The position numbers and the translations under genes were made by a program. DNA of 64,000 nucleotides from Chrysomallon squamiferum. Lineage: Eukaryota > Animalia > Mollusca. Of the stretch, positions 27,199 through 39,628 are shown one piece after another (position 1 is the first letter of the stretch; the number at the start of each line of letters is the position of its first letter). The notes under the pieces were generated by a model that saw only the letters and a program-made list of their open reading frames with translations, was not told where the DNA came from and searched no databases. Location: contig CM022673.1 in the NCBI GenBank assembly GCA_012295275.1, positions 8,618,001 to 8,682,000 on the forward strand. Direction: 5' to 3'.

Positions 27199-30100
27199 AT
27201 GAGTGCAGGTGATTTATTTTGTAGTCATGAAGGAGAAAGTTTCTGTACAAAGAATAAATAATCAGTCCGTATGTAATTTAATCTAAGTCAGAGCTGTACG
27301 GTAACAGGTCTAGACTGACTATAATATATACAGTTAATGAAAATAAACATGCATCAGGTGCATGATCTGTAGGTGTTTTTTTTTGGGGGGGTCACGATAT
27401 GATAAATTATTTTTCTTATATTATTAACATAAGCAAAAGCACTACTGCACGTACTGACGCAAACACGTGGTGCAGCATTTTCTTTTCTTCGTGCACTATA
27501 AAAAAGTCTATATTAGTATATAGTATATCATTGAATGACTGATGACTGCAATCATTTAGACGATTTACTATAACTTTATCCTATTTTCGTTTCTCCTGTG
27601 TTTGTCAGATCTGAATAACTAGATGATTTTTTTCATGTTTGTTTTTTTTTTTTTTTTTTTTTTTTTATGACAAGAAAAATATTTTTCCCTATTTCAAAAC
27701 TTTTAAATTATTATTTTGTTACTGAATATTATTTTACATTTCTGCAAAAATACACATATTTAATATTGCAAATTTTGTTTATAATGTCTTTGTAAACACA
27801 ATTTTTGTTCTTATTTTTAATTACAGATATAAAATGCACCCCCAGTTTTAATGTTAAATGTCAAAATAATTATAATGAGTATTCAGTTTATTATTATTAT
27901 TATTTTTTTTTTTTTTTTTTTTTTTAAATTGTGTGTGTATGTCATAGATCATGATTCACCAAGGGCTGTGCGAAACCCTTCCCCACCTCCAGAACTGGAA
28001 CAAAAAGGTCAGAATATATTTGATGACAGTATCAACAACACAGCATTTAGCAAGCACTGGCTTTTCTCCACCCTGATGAAACTAATTCAGGTATGAAAAT
28101 AGATATATAATCCTGATATCTGACTAGATTTTGGAAGAGGGAGAGGGTTTGAGAGAGGGGGAAAAACAGAATGTGTGAACATGAATAAGAGTGAATGTGA
28201 GTGTGTGACAAGTGTGAATGAATATATATATATATCACTAATTAGACAAGGAAATTATCCTAGCATTCACAATTTTCAAGGTCAGTGGCTTGATCACTGT
28301 TCCACTAATACTTAACTGTAAAAAAATTTGACCCTTTGCTTAAGTAAACATATATTTACACTTTTCTTAAACATTTTAGTTTTTATTAAGACATTGATTG
28401 TTGTGTGGATATTATTAATTAATATTTATTTTTAAAATATACTATGTAAATCTTTGCACGTCAAAAAATTACAAATAACCCAATGCTAAAAAAAAAAAAA
28501 AAAAAAAAATGTTTTATTTAAGGCATATTCATTTTTGTATAAGACGAATGACTGGTGTGATATCAATAATTATAATATAATACATTTTTCGTGTTTGTAA
28601 AACGAGTACTTGTTTCTAATAAGTATATGCAGTATAAATGATTAGTAATCATTAATTTTCTCTGGCAGCCTTTCCTAACTGTGGTGTTAAACAAATATTT
28701 TGACTACTGGTTGATTTGTTTATTCATGCATTATTGAACAGCAGTTCCTTCATTACCTAAATAAACATTTGTTACCTCTAAATATGTTACTCAATCATGC
28801 TACATAAACAAGACTTTTGCAGACTGCTTTCAGCTGCTCAAGACTTGTTTTGATAAATTTATTAAATACTTAACATTACCTCTGTTTCTGTTTAATTTTT
28901 CAGTTTACACAAAGCTTTCTCAGATTTCTTACAGATAATTTATTATTGTTTATTATTGTAGTTGTTGTTATTATTATTATTTCACTATGATTTTATTCAG
29001 ATAAATAGTTAGTACTGTTATGAGTTATGTTGGATCTCACTTAATCATTCCTGTTTAATGTTTTCCATAAGTTATATCATCTAACACACCCAAAATGCTG
29101 ATTATGTAAGATTATGGTATTTGCTATTGTATTTAAAAAAAATATAAATATTAAATACACTTTTCAGTAGCAGTATAAAAATACTGATGATCATTTTTTG
29201 ATATTGGGATATATATATTCAGTCTTTCTTGGCTGAATTATCAAAAACTACTCAATTATTTTTATTCTTTAAAATATATTTTTTTTTTTTCTTCCAGGAA
29301 GTGGATAAAGAAACAGAAAACCAAGAGGAGACTGAGTTTGGTGTGGACATTGATGAAGAACTTCAAAATGAGCTTTGTCGACTCTGGGATATGGCAATGA
29401 ATGCAGTAAGTTCTAAATTGAATTTTTTTTCATCTTATCAGAAAAATAAACTACCATAGTAAAGTTGTTTGTTTATTTTTTAAATTTTTCTTTAAATGCA
29501 GCTTCTTATATTTTAAAATGTGATATGCCAGTTGCTAACAAAGAAGTACTGGTATTGAACATTTTACTTTACAATCATTATTTTTTGTTTAAAGTTGTAT
29601 GATGGGTTATGATATCTATCATTACAGTATCCATTGGGCTATTTTTCCTTCCAACTCAGTGTTTTAACAAAGGCCATGATATTTACTTTGCTGTTTATGG
29701 CAAGGTGATATAATAAAAAAATACTGTTAATAGCTTCCACCTGTCTTGCACATAACTTTCCTGGTTTGCATGCTTGAATAATCCTGTGATGGATGCATGC
29801 AAGAATTACTGTCAAATGCAAACAGCAGGAAATGGAGACAGCAGAGCAGAAGGTTTTCAGAAATCTGCATTTGAAAAATATACTGAGGTGTCATTAAACC
29901 TTTATTTATTCTTCACTGATTGTTTGACACTCATTTGTGTGTGTGTTTTGTATTCAAAATGTTTAATATTTTTTAAAATTTATTTGTGATATAATTATTT
30001 TCTCTAGGATGTAGCTAAATTTCTACAAGAATTCAGAGCTGTAGAAATATTATGTGGAGTCATAGGAAAATCTAAGGCACCACGAGTTACAGTAAGTTGC

Positions 30101-33100
30101 CTTGAATTTAAAAACTTATATGTTATACACATCAAAATAACAAACCAAATATAAATTAGAAATAAATAAATTAAAACACAAAATGATTTTTTTAATTATT
30201 TATTTTTACATATTTTATTTTATTTTATTACTATTGCTTTTTGTAGTAAATATTTTATTTATAAAAATTAAACTTTGTTACCTATTTTTCAGCTTAATAG
30301 TCAACAAAGCTGTTAATAAAATCACTTTTAGTATGTCATAACAAACATTTTTTAATTATTTCATATGCTTTATAATTTCTGTTTCCTGTTCTTAAATTGT
30401 GATTTATTTTAATATAATTTGTAACTAATCTTTATGGAGAAATGTGTTATCAAATTGTTTTAGGAAATTTGTGTTGGTATTCTGGGAAACATGGCCTGTG
30501 ATGACAGCATCTGTGTGACAATGTCTAAAAATGAGAAACTTGTGTAAGTAACTCATTTACTTCACTTCAGTTTAATTTAATCTTTTATCTTTTATTCTAT
30601 TTTTTTATTTTTTATTTTTATTTTATATTTTTATTTTTTATTTTTATTTTTTATTTTAATTTTAATTTTTTAATTTTATTTAATTTTATTTTATTTTATT
30701 TTATTTTAATTTTATTTTATTTTATTGTTTGTTTGTTTGTTTGTTTTGTATCTTTGTTAAAAAAAATTTTTTTTTTTTTTTTTTTACTCTTGTCATTTTA
30801 AATACATCTTTGCTGCAGAAGATTAAAATTAATATTTTAATGATCTCACACTAATGTTCTGAATGAAAAAACTTAATTAAATTTAAAAATGAAAAATCTA
30901 ATCAGCAGTCCATCTAGTCTCATAAAAGAATCCCAACATGCTACTGAATTAAATTAAACAGTCAACAGTATTTGTCAAATCATAAACAAAATAAAGAATT
31001 AATAACAATACAGACTGTCATTAGTTAGATGACGGTTAATGGAATCTCTATTCCTCAGTATGCTGTTTTATTTTAGTATTTGGGAAGGTGCATATAAAAG
31101 ATGACTTATTGCTAAAAAAAGAAGTCAAAAAAGGAAGCCCACACAAATTTCCTCTGTCATCATTCCCAAGATCTGTAACTATATATATATATGGAATCTT
31201 ATAATCAAAGATTAAAAATATTAAACATGCATCATTAAATAAAATATTTTTTATTCTCCTTCATTTCCTAAATCATCCATCCATCCATCCATCCATCCAT
31301 CCATCCAGTCCATCCATCTATCCAATCTGTCCCTGTATTTACTGGTTATACAAAACAGCTGGCAACTATCCAAGCAATAACTACCTGCAACATACCTATG
31401 TTACCACCTAGCCAGTCATTTTGTAAATATTTAGTGACAGAATGTTACCAGAAACCTGTCTGTAGTAACTTTTGAGACTTTCACAAAATGTAGTTGTGCT
31501 GGAGAATGTTTATCTTAACAGTAATATTGACATTAAAGTACTGAACCATATATCTCTTACAAAAATAACTCCATGTATGTATTTCATATTGTTCAGTTTT
31601 GATGTAATTGATAAGACATTACAAACTAAAAAACAATTTGCTGATAAGCATAGGTCAGTCATTTTAAAGAATAGAAAGTAAAGAATTTGGTTATTCTGAT
31701 AAACATTCTTGTCGACATGTTTTCATTAGGTTTTATGAGTTTTCTTTAGTATGTTTATGATTACATAAACCTGTAATTAAACTTAATCCATCTGTGGACA
31801 TATATTTACATTAGGTTTTATATATAAAAATAAATTTAGTTAATCCTTTTCATGACTGTACTAATACACTATTAAAATTGACAAGTACAGCTGTTTTGAC
31901 ATGTCCAGATAAGTATTCCAATAGCTTTGTTATGAAATAAGATTTTACTAAAATGTACACAGTATACAGCAAATAAAACAAATTATGAAACTTCTTTATT
32001 ATTGAGAAAGCAAAAGTTCAAGGGTTAATTCTTCATTTATTAGATCAGTGTATTAATATTATTTACTAAGCTATTACGTTTTCTTTAGAAGTCAACAAAA
32101 TAATGACAGGTTAAAACATTTTCCTATGTCTAAGTCATAAACAGCAGCTGTTTAAACATTATTAATAAAAAATTCTTAATATTTTTAACTGAACTTGCTC
32201 CACATGTGATGAATAACAGGATCAAACCTTCTAGGTGCATTTAGTAAATGTTTTTCTTTTCCTTATTCCAGAAGGTCCAAATTTTTGGTATATTTAAGTC
32301 TGTGATATATCAATTAAATTGCTTTCTGCTTGTGCAAAGATCCATGTATAAGATTCAGACAAAATAAATTAAAAGTTTAATCCCAATACCTCAACATAAC
32401 ATCCTTTTTTATTATTATTAAAATGTGTTTATGTGCATTTACTGAGAATATATATCATTGTCTTTGACAATCAAAGAGATGATTCCACAATTCATGTGTC
32501 AGGTAGTTGCTTCTAATTTACTTTAGTCTTTAATGTCAAAACAAAATAGAATTTTTTTTTTTTTTTTTTTTTTACAGATGTCATCTGATCTGTATTTAAT
32601 TTCCAACAGAAATGAAAGAGTGTATTTTTAGTCTACAGGACTTAATAAAGTTTTGGCTAAAACTGAAATGTCAGATAAATGAAATATTTTAAAAAGTAAA
32701 CCTAAAAGAATTTTTTTTTTTCTTGAAACTAAACTTTTTAATTACTGTATTTGCAGAAAAATGACACTTTTGTTGCTGGAAAGTCCAGATCCTCCGACAC
32801 TTGTTGAAACAACAAGGTAAGTCACATTGTCAAATTTTTAGAATTAAAAATAAAAGATCAGATAAATTAATGACTATATTTTTCTCCATCCAGAATCGTT
32901 AATCTAATTTAAACCTAACAGCAGCTACTTTTTATATTATCAAGAATAAACATAAATGTAAAAGATTTCGTAACAGTTAATCAGCTGTTTAGAAATACAG
33001 AATTCAGACTTGATGAAATTGATTATCTTTTGTTTTCAGACTGCTGTACACATGTTTATCAAATTCAAAGGCGAGAAAATCCTGGCTAACAGCTATAAAG

Positions 33101-33702
33101 CAGGCAGAAACTCTCCATGAGAACGTACTCTTTATTCTACACAGCTCCACAAACTGTGAGTATTTGTTTATTAACTTTGAGTAATGTTTACCATCTTCGA
33201 ATGTTCAGTGTAGAAAGTTTACTGAGTATTCATTCTAGACAGTTTACCATCTTGGTTGTTTTCATTCTTTATAATTTACCATAATTAATCATTCTAGATA
33301 GTTTGCCATCTATGAGTATTCATTGTAGAGTATTCATCTTTAGAAAATTTACCATGACTAAGCATTCTAGATTATTTACCAACTGATTATTCATTCTAGA
33401 CAGGTTACTGTTATGATTATAGATATTTATAGTTTGACTATTTATTCTAGATAGTTTATTGAAAGGGTTTTATTCTAGACAGTTTACTGTTAGTATTCAT
33501 TTTAGGCTGTTTTACTAATTGTGAGTATCCATTCTACTATGTTCTACTAATTTGAATTATATATATTAAGTGTCTATAGAGAGATACATTATTCTTATTA
33601 TATATTGTTTATAATTTTTTTCATGCTAAAAAGCAAATAATGACATCTTTAAACTGCATGGGATTTATAACTATTTGTATAATAATAATAATAATAATAA
33701 TA

Positions 33703-33747
<45 letters not shown>

Positions 33748-34469
33748 TAAGGGTAGATTAATTCTGAATTTATAAACATTTAAATTAAAGAGACATTTGT
33801 TTTCCAAATTCAAACAGTATGATATACTTTTTATTTAATTTATTTCTTTCATTACCCACCACCTGTAGCTCAAAAAACCTCATTTTGAGATCTGATTCAT
33901 CATATTCAGAAGCAATCCATATCCTCATTATAATATCTTATTGTAGTATATGCCCTTGAGGCTTTCTCCAGTTCTAACCAGTGACTCACAAATGATTAAT
34001 AAAAGGATATATCCTTTCTGGAGGAAGATATATATAAAAAATACCTAAGATGCACATAAAGGCCCTATGTGTTGTAGAAATGTGATTCATGCAGCTACAG
34101 GTATCCTCTTATTGCTTTTTAAAAATTTCTTGAGGTCTCATTAATTCACTCTGTGTTTGAATTTTGAGAGTGATAACTAAAACCTTGAAATTAGACACAA
34201 CAGATCCTTGAGGCATACCTGTCAGTGATGTCCACTATTGATGTGGCTGCTTTCATTAACCTGTGAGGTGAAACACCTTTTATTTTCCATTGCCTTTGTG
34301 AGTCATGTAAAGTATTTAGATCAATGTTCCCTTGAATGCGTTTTGTTATTTTTATTGTGTTTTAAGGCTACTATTCAGAATTATACCTGGATGCTGTGGT
34401 CATATTTTTATATAGCTTTTTTTAAATTTATTTATTGCTTTGCTATGATACACCTTTGTATAAGTCTAG

Positions 34470-34502
<33 letters not shown>

Positions 34503-34534
34503 ATTATGAAAGTTTGAAAATTTTGTAATAAATT

Positions 34535-34568
<34 letters not shown>

Positions 34569-34703
34569 CCCAAACCTAGCATTATCTGTGATTGATGTTA
34601 CAAGTATTAATTCTTACAGTAAAAAGAATTACTTCAGTTTGACATGCTACAGCTTAAATAATTTCTGTTCATGACATCACTGCATATAGGACAAACAGGC
34701 AGC

Positions 34704-34739
<36 letters not shown>

Positions 34740-37700
34740 GTCTGCACCACCAAAAGAAAGAAAAGCAAACTGATATACACAATTACATCACGAAAAATTG
34801 TATCAGAAATATTTTATAATCCTTTGTTCTTAAATGTCATTATTAATTAAAACTGGATGCCAAAAATCTAATAAAATTTAATTTGGAAGTATAAAGAATA
34901 TATTTTGAGCATTTCTTCATAATACCCAACATACACTTTAATTATTTATTAATTTATTATAGCCAGCATCTGTTAGTACTAAAACATCTTGTCATCAAAC
35001 AAATATTCATTCAAGAAGTTTCATGTCTAATCCATATTTAATTTTTATGGATGCAGTCCAGGAGTTTTTATCATTCATCTATAAATAATATAGTTCAACA
35101 TTTAGCATTATCTCACAGTGAAAAATTAATGTTGTGTTATATATTGCCATTTGCAAAGAGGTGAAAATGCAGAAATTGGTATTTTAGTGGATTTTTTATT
35201 ATAACTGGACTGAGAATTATAAAAATGCTGTCAATAATAATCATAATAATAATAATAATAAAGCCTAATCTAGCATCTTAGCTGAATTCTGTCATATAGT
35301 TCCATTCAAAATTAACCCTTGTATCCTGTCCCAGTAAAATGGCATTTCATAGTGATACCATTTCCTTTAAAATACCACACAGCCTCATACAAAACAATCA
35401 TACCCAAAATCAGTGATATTTCATTGTGTTGTTTATGACATTGTGGTGTCCAATACATACAGGTGTAATCTGTTTTGTCAGCCAATGTATTTGAATAATT
35501 GCAAAATCTTAAGATAAATATATATAAAAAAAAAAAAAAAAAAATAACAAAACAACAACCTACAAAGTACAGTATTCATTACATTTTTCAGACTACAATG
35601 CTGATTGTCATATTGTATACATATCACTTCTGCTGAGATAAGCTTCTGGAATTTTACCACATGTTGACAAATGTTAGGCTGTCACAAAAGAGAAAGCTCC
35701 AAAAATATACTTTTTTTTTTATCTGATTGCTAATTATATATATGATGGATGAGTGGTCTCCATTGGCGATTAGCTGTGCCTTGGGCATCATCTGGACAAG
35801 TGGTTAGGTGCACTGAGGTGAAAATTCAGTCAGTTGAGACCAAAAGATGTATGGTTCCTCTGGACACTTGTTACGGTCATTTGAGTTGAACCCTGGACAA
35901 AGGTCACCTGAGGCTGTCAATTGTTCTCTTTACTACATACTTAAATATTTATTATTAATTCAGTATCAGTTTTAATACCAATATTGTTAAAAGCACTTGA
36001 CTTTATATGTTGGGTTTGGGAGAGGGGGCTCTATCTTAATGACAGACTACAAATAAAATGTAGAGTACTGGGCTGAGTGGGGCATGATGGGTTATTTCCT
36101 GGTCTGGCCACTTTTCCTGAAACGGTAAATGTATAGGAAAAGATAAATATGAAAGATCTCTTGGTACCAGTAGGTAACAGTTGTGCTTAGAATGGCAGCA
36201 GTGGGTTTTATTCTCTGAATCATAGATATTGTTGTGAAAATTTAAATCGTCTCTAAGCAGATATTCATCTTTTGTTTGCTTATTTATTTTGCATGTTATC
36301 AGATTAAAATGTTTCTAATGGCATTTGTGTAACTTCTGTAATATTGGTGTAATGTGTGTGAACTCTGTTTTAGTTTTACTCCACTCAGCACATTTTAATT
36401 ATTTAACTACAAAAACAAAAAAGTGAATCAGGTGAAAGAAAGAAAAATTTAACTAAACATTCAGAGTAACATGAAAAATAAAAATTTGTTTTGCAAACAA
36501 GTTTTCCTTTATGATAGTTTATTTGCCAGCTCTGATATGTTAACAAAAGCTATTTTTTCTCATGAAGTAGTTTGTTGTGAGGGCAAACAAACATGTCATA
36601 TTCTTTGTCCTCTGAGACATTGTTACATATCTCTGTACTAAATGTAGTAGATTCCTCATGAGTTTTTTTCTTTTTCTATTATATTTTATTTTTAGCAAAG
36701 ATTGGTCACCATTGAAAAACAAAAAACAAAGATTAAAAATATTTTTTATTAATAATATGTCATATCTCTAATATTTTTTCTATTTTAGCTGTATTAACAA
36801 AGACATAACAAATTTATTGTGCAAAAAAAACCATTTGTTAATGACAGACAGGCATAAAACATCCATAATTTCAATTATATTTTTTATTCCTGTGTAAAAA
36901 AAATCTTACAATTAAAAAAGGAAAAATCTGTGCTTCAATAAATCCTGATCAGACTGTAACTTTATTGTCAAACTTTATTATTAATAAAGATTTCACAGAA
37001 TGGCAAAATAAAATATTAGGAAGTATATGAAATGGATTTACATAATTTGTTAACATTACGAACAAAGATTCGAGAAATAATATGCAGGTACAATTCCACT
37101 TTAATAAATGTGGTATAAAAATAAATTCAAAATTATCTGTAATATATCTTTCTTCTTTATCTGTGTTTGGGAAGGACTTACTTTGTACTTGTTGTATATC
37201 AGTTACTTTGACAAATAATGTTGTTAATCTTGCGACAGTAATAAACAACTGTTTATCTCGGCCCACAGACCCACTGACATACCAAGTGTGATTCTTCTTA
37301 AAAGTACAAACTGGTATACAGAGCAGCCACGCACGAGTCATTGATAAAGTACATGATATCATTTCTCATTGTTTGTGGTGAAGGTTAAAACCCAGACAAT
37401 TCTCTGTAAATTGTGTGAGAACTTGTTCATATTTGGCACATACACACACACACACAAACTCAGCCATTTCTTCTTGACGAAACTCATTTGTTTCATCTTA
37501 AAGTGATGTGCTCAAACCATTTTCTCAAATTCTGTATCCTTTTCAGATTTTGTAAATTTCAGATAAAATTACTTCACGAGTTTTAGCTTGAAAATGTAGT
37601 CTGCATTGTTATCCTTATATGAATAGGCTTTGTTGGTATAATATTTGTATCTAAATGGGTTTTATTGGGTGTGTTTTTTTTTTGTATATATGTATGTAAA

Positions 37701-38603
37701 TGTGTCTCTGTGCTTGCACACATTTGTAAAGCATCTTAACCTTTTGTGTTTAATCCATTCTTATTTATTATTTGTTTTATTATCATCTAGAAATTATATT
37801 CATAAGTCTTATTGCATTTGAAAGTGAATAAAATAATAAATGGAGAAAAGTACCTGGCTTTTTGAAGTTTTATATATGTGAAAAAGACACCTTGTATATA
37901 GCATTCTTTGTCACAGAACAGCACATATAAATGTTTTAGTAACTTTCAGAATGTAGACTCTAAATGAATGAATAAAATTAATTCTTTTAAAAAAAAAATT
38001 ATATAGTAACATCATTTATTTTAAACAACAAATAGGTACTCAGTTTTTATACCTGGCATTAATATTATTAATTAGGATACAATTGACTTTAATAAATAAT
38101 AATGTCAAGTTAGTTCAGTAATGACATCATACAGAGTTAAGTAATTGTGGTCCAACAAGAATTAATGGTTAATCTGTTGTTGTGCAGAGAATAAAATCAT
38201 TAAATTACACCAAAGCATTGAAAAGACCTTGAAAATCCTCTGAGTGGTTAGTGGCCTGATTATCAGCCAATAGGATTGTATGTTGCTCAAGATAACCCAT
38301 TTTCCAGCCAATCAGATTCATGGTCTGAACTCCAAGTCAGTGGATTGTTATGTCACATGTTTTCATGAGATTTATCTTGGGACACATTTTGTTAATGATA
38401 ATTTTATATATACAAAGGCCAAATACCATAAAAATAAAGGGAAAAAAATGGTACAAAATGTGTTATTGCCTAAAAGAAAGAGAATTAGAAAATAATGATT
38501 ATATTTTACTGTCAGGATCAGAAAAGTTTTCAGAAAGTGAGAAGCAGAAAAGTTGTAAGCTTTTCTGTCCATGACGGTAAAAGAGGAATTATAAAAATGA
38601 GAG

Positions 38604-38677
<74 letters not shown>

Positions 38678-39593
38678 CAAAGACTTGGGGAAGAAAAAAA
38701 GGAAGAAATCATTTGCATGGAGAAGTTGCTTTGATACTGGCTTGATAATTAACAACTGTCAAGTACCTTCTCATACAATAAACTACTGGTAATACACAAC
38801 TGTAATTTATAGAGCTGAATTCATACATAATAATTGTGTCATAAAATGCAAACAGCAGGATATGCCTGACTTTCAAAATATAGATCAGAAGATCTTATGA
38901 TTAGTGTCCCTGTGTAACACGCAGTAATATTTTTCACTTCAGGGGTTTATACACTGTGAGATATTTTCTGACATTAGATACCTGTGGTGTGTATGTATTG
39001 AGGTATGTAAGTAAGCCTTAGCATACACAGTATATTGTATCAGTAATGTTCTAAATAATAATTCTTTACAAAACACACATACACAGAGAACTTTTAATTA
39101 AAAGGAAAAACATGTTTTATTTACAGTCCTGTTTTTATTGGATTTAGAGAAAATGTATCTGCAAGAAAATCATCAATAAAACATTAATTATGATTATTAT
39201 TGTTATTACTATTATTATTATTATTATTAATGTAACCATTGGCTAGAATTAAAAAATAAATATACATGTATTTAAGTCTGGAATTAAAGTGTAGACATTT
39301 TGACCTAATTTCGCCTGGACATAAAATGTAAATATTTATGCCTATAAAAGGTTAGACTGAAATGTAAATATAGTTATTAACACAGTTTGAACTAAATACT
39401 ATGCTAAGCCTCAGTTGCCCCGATATTGTTCTACTAGTGTTTTGTCAATTAATCCATGCACCACATAGTCACAGCATTAATCTTTTCGTCATAATTATTA
39501 TTAACTGAATTACTCCACTGTTATTAGTATGTATATAGAAAGGGGTATATGTGTTTTGTATGCATTTGATTGGTATAACTGTTTGAGTGTGTG

Positions 39594-39628
<35 letters not shown>

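Noticed and set aside
36949-37362. 137-aa minus-strand ORF as a nested gene
   Set aside because: No recognisable motif, composition typical of AT-rich non-coding DNA and no supporting exon chain.
38372-38755. ORFs with RERERE or SLSLSL runs (also near 50627 and 57451)
   Set aside because: They are translations of (GA)n microsatellites.
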